DNA of 64,000 nt from assembly GCF_009914755.1 (NCBI RefSeq), contig NC_060932.1; one strand, written 5' to 3'. The notes under the pieces were generated by a model, which saw nothing but the letters and a program-made list of their open reading frames with translations, did no database searches and had not been told where the DNA came from. Made by a program: the position numbers and the translations under genes. Shown one piece after another: positions 52,721-64,000 of this stretch (its first letter is position 1; every line of letters starts with the position of its first letter). Origin of the DNA: the human T2T-CHM13v2.0 reference genome, Homo sapiens.

Positions 52721-53469
52721 ATTCCTGGCCCGCAGCAAGGGCTGGATGCACCTGCATTTGCTCATGCTGCACAGAGGTGCTCCGGCCTTTCCTGTGTCAG
52801 GAAGGAAAAGGTCACATTTGCAATGCTCATGGGGAAAAGGCTGCTTGAGGCAGAGGACAACGGGGCTAGGGGTTCTGGCAGCCCAGGACCTGCGGACCTG
52901 CCCCAGGGCTGAGCAGCATTCGACTCTCTGTGCTCTCGTGGCAGCCACGCCCCAGGGCAGAAGCTGTGGACCTCGATGGAGTCCTGTGTCAATGGGACAA
53001 GCCTGTTGTCCCCTGTGATGCCCAGTCTGGCAAAGTGATGGGCACAAACCAAACCCCCGTGGCACACATCGAGGCAAAGGCTCCAAGGGCTGGAGACCTG
53101 GCCCCAGGAGGGACCTCCACGGGACCTCGTGAGCTGTGAGATCTAGGAGCAGGAGGGAGCGGGCTCTGATGGTGGAGTGAGGGGGATGGCACACACTGAT
53201 GCTGGAAGGGGAACCGGGGTTATCTCCGTTTTAAGGCTTTGGGGGAGGGAGGGAGTCATGGAGGTGATGTGCTTGGTTCCAAAGGGCTGCTGGGAGGCTC
53301 AAGTGAAATCCTCAACACAAGAAAGTGCCAACAGTGCTGCCCTCCCCTCCTCCCAGCTGTAGGACTTGGCGTTATCTGCCCCACCTCTGCTCACAACCTC
53401 TGGAACCTCCATCATGAAACATGGAGCATTTGTGAGGCTCCAAGTGTTCTCCATGCAGAGGGAAGACCC

Positions 53470-54875
53470 CATAACCACTACTGCCATCATCACAGTCATC
53501 TCCATTGCCACCACCGCCAACATCACCACAGTTACATGGTCCTCATCACCATCAGCACCCCCATCGTTACCTCATCACCATCTCCTTCACCACCGTCACC
53601 ATCAGCACCCCCATCGTTACATCATCACCATCTCCATCACCATTGTCACTCATCGTTACATCATCATCACCACCACCACCTCCATCACCACCGTCACCAT
53701 CAGCACCCCCATTGTTACCTCATCATCATCTCCATCACCACCATCACTCATCGTTACATCATCACCTCCACCACCACCTCCGTCACCACCATCACCATCA
53801 GCACCCCCATCATTACGTCATCACCACCACCATCACCACCATCACCATCAGCACCCCCATCATTACATCATCTCCAACACCTCCATCACCACCGGCACCA
53901 TCAGCACCCCCATCATTACGTCATTATCACCATCACCTCCATCACCACCGTCACCATCAGCACCCCCATCGTTACATCATTATCACCACCACCTCCATCA
54001 TCACCGTCACCATCAGCACCCCCATCGTTACATCATCACCAGCACCTCCATCACCACCATCACCATCAGCACCCCCATCATTACATCATTATCACCACCA
54101 CCTCCATCACCACCATCACCATCAGTACCCCCATCATTACGTCATCACCACCACCTCCATCACCACCATCACCATCAGCACCCCCATCATTACATCATCA
54201 CCACCACCTCCATCACCACCATCACCATCAGCACCCCCATCATTACATCATCACCACCACCTCCATCACCACCATCACCATCAGCACCTCCATCATTACA
54301 TCGTTATCACCACCACCTCCATCACCACCGTCACCATCAGCACTCCCATCATTACATCATCACCACCACCTCCATCACCACCGTCACCATCAGCACCCCC
54401 ATCGTTACATCATTATCACCATCACCTCCATCACCACCGTCACCATCAGCACCCCCATCGTTACATCATTATCACCATCACCTCCATCACCACCGTCACC
54501 ATCAGCACCCCCATCGTTACATCATTATCACCATCACCTCCATCACCACCGTCACCATCAGCACCCCCATCGTTACATCATTATCACCATCACCTTCATC
54601 ATCACCGTCACCATCAGCACCCCCATCATTACATCATTATCACCATCACCTCCATCACCACTGTCACCATCAGCACCCCATCATTACATCATTATCACCA
54701 TCACCTTCATCATCACCATCACCATCAGCACCCCATCATTACATCATCACCATCACCTCCATCACCACCGTCACCATCAGCACCCCCATCGTTACATCAT
54801 TATCACCACCACCATTACTGTTGTCACCCCTCCACCATCACCACCACAAATGTCATCACTATCATCATCATCAAT
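53470..54875. repeat. (CAT/CAC)-derived VNTR with a 53/56-bp higher-order unit, ~25 copies
   Basis: catcaccaccgtcaccatcagcacccccatcgttacatcattatcaccatcacctc, period 56 at 54485/54541. Confidence 0.97.
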
Positions 54876-55401
54876 GGCTGTCCCAAGTGACCTATGTTTC
54901 TACAAAAACGGGAGCTAAGAAGCCTCCCCCCAGGGCTGCTGAGGAACAAGGCTGAGGTCCTGGGCTGTGCCACGTGGTGCCAGATGCTCTGGTCTCCATG
55001 GTGATTGAGTCAGTCCAAGTCTTTGGCCAGCAAGCTGCAAACCCCTCTTAGATTTTGCCAGCAGTAGCCCTTGCTCGCTGCTCCATGGGGGTCTTAATAA
55101 GCAGGTAAATACGCTGCTTAGGGTCCAGGATCACGAGGCTGCAGCACTGGATCAGGAGACTGTGGGAGGCTGAGTAGCTTTGTGCTCTGGGCCGTGTGAG
55201 GCTGACGCTCAGTGATTGCTGTGAAATCCCAGCCCTCCCGGCTCCACCCGAGGCCAGCTGGTCCCTGGTACTGAGCCACGATGTCTCCTTCCTGGCTGGC
55301 TGCACCCCTTCCCTCTTCTGCCTCCAGAGAGGCGAGGAAGGTTCTCCAGCAGCCTTTCAGGGTTCCTGGCTTCTGCCTCCACCACGGGCTCTCCCTGAGA
55401 C

Positions 55402-55833
55402 TGTACGGCTGTCCTGTTGCTGCAGTAACACATTAGCACAAATTTGGTGGCTTAAAACAGTAGCAATTTTTTTCTGTCACAGTTTTGGAGGCTGGAAGTC
55501 TGCAGTCAAGATTGGTCAGGGCCACAACCCTTTGGAAGTGCTGGGGGAGAGCAGGTGCCCCACCCTCCAGGTGCTGGTCCGCTGGCATTCCTCGGGGTAT
55601 GGCTGTGCCTCTCGCCCCTTCTTCACAGCACCTCTCCTGTGTGTCTCTCTTGAACCTACCTCTCCCCTCTCTCATAGGAACACATGTGGGGGCATCTAGA
55701 GCCCGCCAGATAATCAGGACAGCCTTCTCCTCGAAACACCCTTAACTTGATCACATCTTTTGCTAAATAAGATACAAGTCATGGGTTCCAGGGATTAGGA
55801 CGTGAACACGGGGCTGTCCTCCAACTTGCTACA
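55402..55833 (-). mobile_element. MLT1 LTR
   Basis: gttgctgcagtaacacattagcacaaatttggtggcttaaaacag...cagttttggaggctggaagtc...ttccagggattaggacgtga. Confidence 0.85.
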
Positions 55834-58800
55834 GAGGCCTGGACTGAAGGAGCTCTGGGGGGAAGCAGAAGGAATCTCGAGAGCTGGAGCAATAGAGGAC
55901 TCTGGAGACTATGCTGGGGCCTCACCCCGCCTTGGCCGTGGGGTTTTAGGGTGACCCCTGAGGCACAGTCCCCCCAGCACTGACCTACTCTTTGCCTTCA
56001 CTCAACTGCTTCTGCTTCCTGTGGCCCTGTTGCTGCTCAGACCCTGGCCTCCTCCCAGGCCACCCCCTCTTCCAGGGCCCTTCCCCATCTTTTGGCCTCC
56101 CTCATTGGCTAATGCCCAGCTATCATCCCAGGGATCCGAGAAGCCTCGGTCCCCCAAGTGCTATGAGCCACCCTCCCCCGGGTGCCACGGCCCCGTCTGC
56201 TGCCTGCTCCTGTCTGTGTCTCCGTGAACGGTCAGCCGCAGGGACGTCCAGATGCTTCACCATCAGAACCCAGCAACTAGGACCCTGCCAGGCACCGTAC
56301 TCATTCACGCAATGAAGGAACGGGTGAGGGAGTGAGCGACTGACTCCAAGGCCCCTGCCACGTAGGAATTCTTAGGCTTCAGGCACAGTGGGTTTCCCGA
56401 GTGGCCAACTGCAAAGGGGAGAGCCTGGCCTTGGAGCCCGAGTGTGCCCGGCTCCCCGATGCTCTGCTCACACCCTGCTGCTGCCAGAGTCCCGGGGCTG
56501 CCCAGCCTCTCCCCAGGACATGCTGAAACAGTGGCATCCCAAGCCTTCCGTGGATGGATGGCAAATAGGCAGGGCTGGGGTCCAGGGCTGGGCGGGCTGT
56601 TGAGATAGAAGCTAGGACCACCGCAGGGCTAGATGCTCCGCCTCCCGCCACCCTCCTATCAGGGACGCTCCCCCTGCAAGACTGTCCTGGGACGGGAGAC
56701 TGACAGTCCTGGGCTCATCACAAATGGTACTGATCCCTGACAAAGGAGCCTCATCCTGATGTCTGACAAAGGCACCTCACCCATCAGCAAATGGCAGTGG
56801 GGGGCGTGGCCAGGGACACCCCCCAGCCCCGGTCCTCTTTGTGTTTTCTTTCCCCACCTCAAGAATTCTCAGGCATCCTCTGAGGAGGAGCAGGACACAT
56901 GGAGACACCGGGAAAGTCTTTGGAGTCTCTTGCTGGAAGGCCAGAAGCAGTGTTCCTGTCTACAGGCGAGGGCAAGAACTGGCCCCGGTGCAGGGGCTTC
57001 TGACGGCGCAGAGCGCCAGGCGAAGCTCTTGTGGAATCCAGGTGCTTCTGCCTCCATTCTGGGCTCGTTTTACCACAGTGCAGGCACTGGGAGCCCTTGC
57101 TGTCTGTGTTTTGGGGTCACAGGCGACTCAGCGTCTTGAGTGTGCACAGCCCTCCCTCCCAGGCCGGGGAGCCCCCAGTCAGGAGGCCTGAGGGTCAGGA
57201 GGCTGGGCATCTGGTCCCAGGGCCAGGCCGCCTGCTGTGTAACCCTGGACAGGCCATTCCACCTCTTGGGCCTCAGTTGGGTTATTGGAAAAGCAAGAGA
57301 AAGAATTCATTCCTACTTCACAGGACCTTGGGATTAAAGGAGAATGTGCCTTAGAGGAGGGGTGTGAAGCCAGGCTCAAGATGCCTGGGAGAAGCCGCCT
57401 GAGGCCTGCTGCAGGGGCTGGAGTTGGCTTCCTGGAAGCCCATTCGGCTGCCCTGCACACATCAGGAGACAGGGAGTGATCCAGCGCCATCCTCAGGCAC
57501 CCAGTGCATCCCAGCTGCTCTAGCCTGCTGGGGAACATGGCATGGCCAGCCTTGCCCACTGCCTGCCCAGACGCACCGTCCTCAGGGACATCCATGCCTC
57601 ACCTCCCCGGCAAGCACCCCTCCAGTCGCCACCTCCTGCCTCTGTCGGGCCCAGCCCTCAGAGCGCCGCCCTATGTTCCCACACAGACAAGGAGAGCTGG
57701 TCCAGGGAGGGCGCCTCTCCCTGCGTGCTGGGCCTGGCTGTGTGGGAGGCAGTGGGCACTCGCCACCACTACCGCCTCCTTCACCGCGGGCCTTTGGCAT
57801 CGAGGGGCTCTCCGACTGCCAAGGTTTAAATGGCAACTGGCGCAGGCTCCCAGCCCCAGGCCCGTCTCCGCCGGCTCTCTGGACAGCTGACAGCTGTCAC
57901 ACACTGCGGCAGGCATATGCTCGCCCAGCCCCATGTCCCACTAGCCAGGGCGCAAAACAAGCCCTGAGGCCCCTGCCCCATCCTGCCACATCCCAGGCTG
58001 CACATGGCCAGAGTCCAGCCTCCAGGCAGGCAGCTCCGTCCTCCTCCAGGCCTCTCTGACTACGCCAGAAAGAAGGATAACCAGGCCCTGTGGTTGACAC
58101 TGCCAAAAATTTGCTCTGTGACCATCAGACACATTAGTCCCTTCTCCCTGGGTCTCACTTCCTCATCTTCACAAAGCAGGGGCCAATGGCCCCACAGTCT
58201 GTCCCAGCTCTGACAGCCAAGCTTGCCTGCCCTAAATCATCAGAGACACAAGAGCCTACTCCAGGACCGAGGGGCACAGACCAGGGTGGGGCTGCGTCCT
58301 GGCTCATGGGCCCCAGGGATGAGGGGACGTTGGTGATGTTGGGAGACAGAGCACCTGGGACCATCCCTACCCTCCGTTCACTCATGAAGGCGCCTTCTGG
58401 GAACCACCTCCAAGTGCTTTTGCCTTCGGGTTCAGACTTCCATGGAAAGACTTGAGGCTCTTGGGCGAGGCGTGTAGGGCTCAGGAAGGGCACTGGCCGT
58501 GGGGACAGACACAACTGGCATGGCCTGAGGATAGGCCAAGAGCCAGGGAGGAGAACAAGGGCCCCGGGGGAGGAGGGGCTGCCAGAACAAGCTGCTGTGA
58601 CCCGGGGGGCCGACAGCCTGCAGGGCCTTCTCTGATGGCACTGCTGCTCCCTGGAACCAGGGTGGCATCCTTGCTTGGCACAGCTGGCCCTCGGGGCTGC
58701 CCAGGCCTGCCCGGGTCCCATGTGGCAAGAGGGACTCGGAGCAGGCACATGGGCCAGGGGCAGGAAGGTGTCGGGCCAGGCCAGCCAAATGCAGGCAGGC

Positions 58801-60139
58801 AAGGGGCCGCCACAGGGACACAGGTGGCAGCGTGAGTGCTCCCCCAGAGCCGGAGAAGGGGTTCTCTCCAGGGCAGGCTCTGCAGACCTGAACCTGCCCA
58901 ACCAGTGGCCCCACCAGAGCCAGGACAGCACACACCCAGGAAGAAGCCACGAAGCCCTCACAGAATGCACACTTCACAGAATGCACACTTGAGATTCTCG
59001 CAGCCCCGGGGCCTGAGCTGAGGGGTCACCGGCAGTGCCGTGGGAGTCAGGCTGCCCTCCCGGAAGCCAGGCTGCTCCTGAGCAGAGCGGAGGCTCCATC
59101 GCCCTCCGGGGGGCACGGTGGCAGTCTCCAGGCTGCACTGGGGTTGGATGAGCTGGGGGTGGAGCACAAGGGGTCGGTCCCTCTCCCCACATCCCACGAC
59201 TTTCCATGAAGGCCTCCCTGCTCAGGGGCCCCATGCTCAGAGGCCAGGGGTGACCTGGGGTGGATTCTGGACACACCTCTGCCCCCAAATGCCTTAGCAG
59301 CACTGAACCAGGACGTGGAAAGGGGCCAGCACTGACCTTAACTGCCAGCAGGAGGTCCACTATCGTCTGTCTAGGTAATGGCAGTGCCTCAGTGTGCCCT
59401 GGAGAATTGCTCCTCAGGCCGCTCCAGGACAGGGGCCGGGGTACTTCCTCCCAGTGGCCCTAACCACACCTACTGAGCACCGCTCCTGGGGGACCTCAGG
59501 TGCCCACACTCCACTCAGATCTGGGGCCTCTTGTTTTGCCCCAGCACCGGCCGTCCCCACCCCAGCTGCCCTCCATGGCTATTGCTGTGCCAAGGATGGG
59601 CTGGGCCCCCACCCCAGGCCCTGCCTGCCTCTTCTTGCCCTCGCGAGGGCTGTCAACCTCCTTCCTGACACTGTCTCACAGGCCCACCAGGTGACCCTGA
59701 GCATCAGGCATGGCCCATCCCCATCTCCTGAGGGTCATAGTAACCACCAGAGCCCCCTGTCACTCATGCTTCTGGGGCTTGCTCTGAACCCATGTCCTCC
59801 AAACTCTGTGGCCCCGTCCCCCCTCCCGCTGCTTGTCCTCCCCATCCTACTGTTGGGGCTCACTCTCCACGGGGTGTGAATTTCCCTAGAGATTCTGACT
59901 CGGGTGGCCTCTGGGTCTCTGCCCCACCCTGCCTCATGCAGGAGCCCCATGCTCAGGCCCTTGGGACAGCGCCCTGGCTGCTCCTTGCCCACACAGGCGC
60001 TCAAGCGGAAGGAGCTCACATGTCCATTCCCATCCCAGCACTCAGTAACCTCTCCCATTAACCTTCCCTGCTACAGCCGTTTAAGCAAAGTCCCTAGAGA
60101 GTTGTAGAATCGGTGGCTCAGAAACATCCCATCCTCTCT

Positions 60140-60502
60140 GTAATAGTCAGCGTGGGCTGCCACAGCAAAATACCACAGACGAGGTGGCTTAAACGGTGGA
60201 TACTTAACTCTCACAGCTCTGGTGAGTGCAAGTTTAAGGTCAGGGCATCCACCCGCAGGGCTCTCTCCTCGGGTGATGGGCGGCCGCCTTCTGGGTGCAT
60301 CTTCACGTGGCCTTCCTCAGTGCACGCATGCAGGGAGGAGAGAGGGCACCTCAGGTGTCTCTTCTTATAAGGTCAGTGTCCCTCCCTGATAACCCCATTT
60401 AGGATTAGTTGCTTCCTTAGAGTCCCTATCTCCAAATACAGCCACACTGGGACTTAGGGTTTTAACACATACATTTGCAGGGGGACACGGACATTCACAT
60501 CA
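60140..60502 (-). mobile_element. MLT1A/MST-type MaLR LTR
   Basis: gggctgccacagcaaaataccacagacgaggtggcttaaac...tctcacagctctgg...ccctatctccaaatacagccacactgggacttaggg. Confidence 0.85.
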
Positions 60503-63500
60503 CAAGACCCCACCCCCCTATGCCCCCATTCAGGTGACAGTTCAGGAACTTTCTGCCAGAGAGCTGGAGCAAACTGCTAAATGTGGCAAAGTGAGTTTGG
60601 GTGCACCCTGAGTTCTCTACTCCCAGCTGAGCGGCTTCCCCACCCCAGAGTTCCTGCTCCAGCCAGCATTTCCAAAGCACTTACCGTGCAAGTCTGAGAG
60701 GCAATCGCATCAATTATGCTCACAGAGGTCCTGAGCATGCACTTTCCCACAGCCCTCTCACAGTTGCCTCGTGCACTCGGAGACTCAGGGAGAAAGCACA
60801 GTCGGGGGGCTGCTCCGAGCCCAGACATCCGACCCTGGTGGAAGGAAAACATGGAGTCTGCTCTCTGGGCTAATTGGTGCCTCCTCTGACTTGGGCACCT
60901 CCCTCAGGCCTGAGGAGCAGGTGGGAACTTTGACCCACTGAACCGAGTGAGGGGCGCTGGTCTGAGGCTGGCTGGGCAGAGATGCATCCGTGGGAGCCGA
61001 GAAAGTCCCTGCCGTGCTCCTGATCCTCCTGCTGGGCTCCAGCATCATGCAGTATTCCCTGCAGGCAGGCCCACTCCTCAACTACCCCCTTGCCCTTGGT
61101 GTCCCAGAGGCTGAGGGTGCAGCCCAGGATACCTGAGGGTGCCCGCTCAGCACTCAGGCACATAGCCAGGATGTGCAAGGGAGTGGGGCAGCCGTTGGCC
61201 CATGAGGGTGGAGCCTGGTGGGTCTTCCATGTCTGGGTGCACAATTCTATGGCACATGCCATGCGGCTTCTAGGGCATCCCGTGGGCTTGAGCCCCAGGT
61301 GGCCACTACAGTGGCCTGTTTGAGGCCACAGCCTTGTAGGACCAAGCACGCTGTCTCGTTCTGCCTCACCCTGCCTGCACCCTGATTCCTGAGCGTCTGA
61401 AATCACTTGCCGAAGCAAAGGGCTCCCGTACAAACCCTTGTCTCAAGTTCCGTGTTCGGGGGAACGTCTGCATTCAGAGATGACCCTAGTGCGCCCTGCT
61501 GCCTGGAGTCCACACCCTTGTGTTCTGAGGACCTGGCGCAGTCGCTGGCACAGGGCAGTGCTCAGTGAGGGTTTCTAAATGAGCCTCCCCTCGGGGCCGG
61601 GGCATGGGGTTTGGTGTCTCATCGAAGCTGCTGGCTACCAAGTGAGCAGCCTGCTCACACATGGACTCGGTGACTGTCACCACGTAGAGGCACTAAGACC
61701 CTAGAGGCCAGGAGAGCCCTGCTCTGGGGAGCACCAACTGGCACCTGGGCCCCAAGAGAGACTTGGTGAGCTCCTGGGAGCAGGGACAGAGGACAGAGGC
61801 CTGGAGGCCACGGAGGGCAGGGAGCCCAGGAGAGGAAAGTGGTTCCAGTCAGCTACACTCACCATGGGCACAGCCCGCCACCCCTCAGCCTCCTCAGCCA
61901 CTGTTGGGACAGGAAGAGGGGGTGTCCAGGGGCAAGGCTGGGCTCAGCACCTGGGAGCTGTGGGGAGGTGAGGGGTACCATGGGCTGGCCTATGAGGCAG
62001 GGCAGCCGCAGGAAGGTCAGCTAGCTGCAGGAAACACCCCTCATACAGCTCCAGGCTGACCTCACACAGCTCCAGGCTGACCGCATTCTCTGTGCTTGGA
62101 ATGTGCTTCTGCTCCTCTCTGCCTTCCTCTGGGAATAGCAGTTCTCCTGGAGGAGGGAGCTGCTGATGGCTCTTTCCATTGCCTCTTTGAGATGCAAATT
62201 CCCTGACCCAGGGGCACCCCCTCTGTGGGCTGCTCTCTCCCCTGCCAGGCCAAACAATCACTGCCTGGCAGCCACTGGGGCTGGTGGCTCCTTCATTACC
62301 TGCCTCACCATGCACCTGGTGGGTTCTTTCCCAGCTGCTGGCTCCCCCAGGGACAGGAGAGGCCGGGCCCTTGCCAGCTGATGTGGGTTCCTGCGTGGCC
62401 CGTGCTGGCTGCTCACAGGCGGGCACTGCTGCCGCTGCTGCACCTGCACTTCCTTTCTTGCTCATCTTTGTCAAGGAGGATGCCTGGGGCTGCGGCTCCT
62501 CTGCACCCTTCCCGAAACCTGTCAGCCCTTTTGGGGACTGGGCACAGATGGCAGGTCCTGCAGCTCCTCTCATCTTTCTGTTCAGAAGCCATCCTGTCCG
62601 GCTCAGGCCAGGTGGCGAGGGGAATCAGCCCCGGCCTCAGGGTTCACACCCTCTTCCCTCCCTGACAGCCATGTGGGCTGATGTCCCCCAGCTGTGCTGA
62701 ACGCCAAGGTGACCATCAACCACCAGTCACTCAAATGAGGAGGCTTTGATCAGAGGTGAATGGCTCAGCTGTGAGGTGTCATTTGCTGGGCTGGAGTGAG
62801 GCCCAAGAGGGTTGTTCAGTCCTGGGGGTCCCCAGGGACGGGTCTGGGCCTTGCATCTGTCCTCAGGAGCAGCCAGGGGGCAATGGCAGCGCCGTGCTTT
62901 CTGGGCAGTGGGGCATGTGCTGGGACCACCCCAGCATCGCCTACCGACGTCCTTCTACCATCCACGAACACATCGCCACAGTCCCTAGAACCCAGCACTT
63001 GAGGGGGCAGTGGCCACCAGACTTTAGCCACTGGGCCACCAGTTCCTGCCCAGACATAAGACAAAAGGGGAAGCTGAGGTTGCCCACAGCCACTATGAGC
63101 TGCACTGGGACTCTGCTGGTGCGACCCGGAAGAAAGGAGGGGCTGAGGCTGAAGCACCAGCCAAAATGGCTTCCATGGGCTGCTGGGCTGGATCCTCAAC
63201 AGATGACTCCAGGGTGCAGTCTGTAGTGGCTGAACCATTCCAGGTGTCCACAGTGGCACAGGACATTGTGTGTATGTACATGTGGGCATGCAGGTGCACA
63301 CATGTCTGTGGGTGCATGTGTGTGAATGGGAGTATGCATGTGTGTGCATGAGTGTGAAGTGTGCGGAGTGGAACTGGCCCTGTAGAACAGGGGTCCACCT
63401 CAGCCGCTCTCTTAAGGCTCCACACTAGCCTGGCTTCAGCTACCTTCTCCATCTTGGTGGTCCCAAAGTGCTACAGCCAACTGTCATTTATCTTTGAGCA

Positions 63501-63512
63501 TCAAATATGAAT

Positions 63513-63514
<2 letters not shown>

Positions 63515-63552
<38 letters not shown>
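63515..63552. repeat. (CA)n microsatellite
   Basis: Direct CA run. Confidence 0.95.
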
Positions 63553-63554
<2 letters not shown>

Positions 63555-64000
63555 CTATCCATTCATGCATCTGCCCATTTATCTAACGGAGCCCCTTCCT
63601 CCTGCATCTGGCCATTGGTGGCATCTCAGCCCGGGTGTCTGACGCTGAGCTCTTCCTCCCTGCCAGGCACCCGCCTCCCTCCTGGGTGCTCCCCGTCCCT
63701 GAGCCCACTGCATCCTTTGCTGTGGCCCTGACCCCTCCACCTGCAAGGCCAGCCTGGCCTAGGCTAGAAGCCCGGGGGGCTCAGCGATGCTGGGGATGGC
63801 TCAGGCCTCATCTTGCAGCTCTAGGCCCAGGTGGGCTCATGACCCCTGTGACCTGCTAAGCCTCAGCCCCCTCTGTCACACAAATGCAGTTCATATCTCA
63901 CCTGGGTTCCATACACCCCGACCCCCCACCAGGCCCACAGTGTGAATCCTGCACCCATCAGGGAGGCAGGGATAGGTGGGCCACCGGGGTGTGGGTGCTG

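Noticed and set aside
53239-54955. Mucin-, extensin- or histidine-rich protein gene
   Set aside because: All three frames are open because of (CAT/CAC)n composition; no signal peptide or exon structure

Overview
Primate (very probably human) non-coding genomic DNA, GC-rich and subtelomere-like, with no credible intact protein-coding exon. The only gene-derived feature is a processed, multiply disabled DNAJC8 pseudogene on the minus strand (~8396-9834). From memory, not a search, this is probably DNAJC8P3 in the 8q24.3 gene desert. The rest is old interspersed repeats (L1M, L2, CR1/L3, MIR, many MaLR/MLT LTRs, MER53, only four Alus), roughly 12% tandem repeats (units of about 15/16, 20, 36, 56 and 60 bp plus simple repeats), and several AT-rich, motif-dense islands that look like enhancers. 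The longest ORFs in the track come from tandem repeats; the rest look like chance ORFs in GC-rich DNA. The most unusual structures are a 71-bp inverted repeat pair bracketing an octamer-containing island, a 2.6-kb 20-mer VNTR with higher-order structure and GLI-like sites, an MRE-rich CpG minisatellite, and a young VNTR apparently born from an L2 tail. I found no evidence for a new coding system. Repeat subfamily names and boundaries are by-eye estimates.
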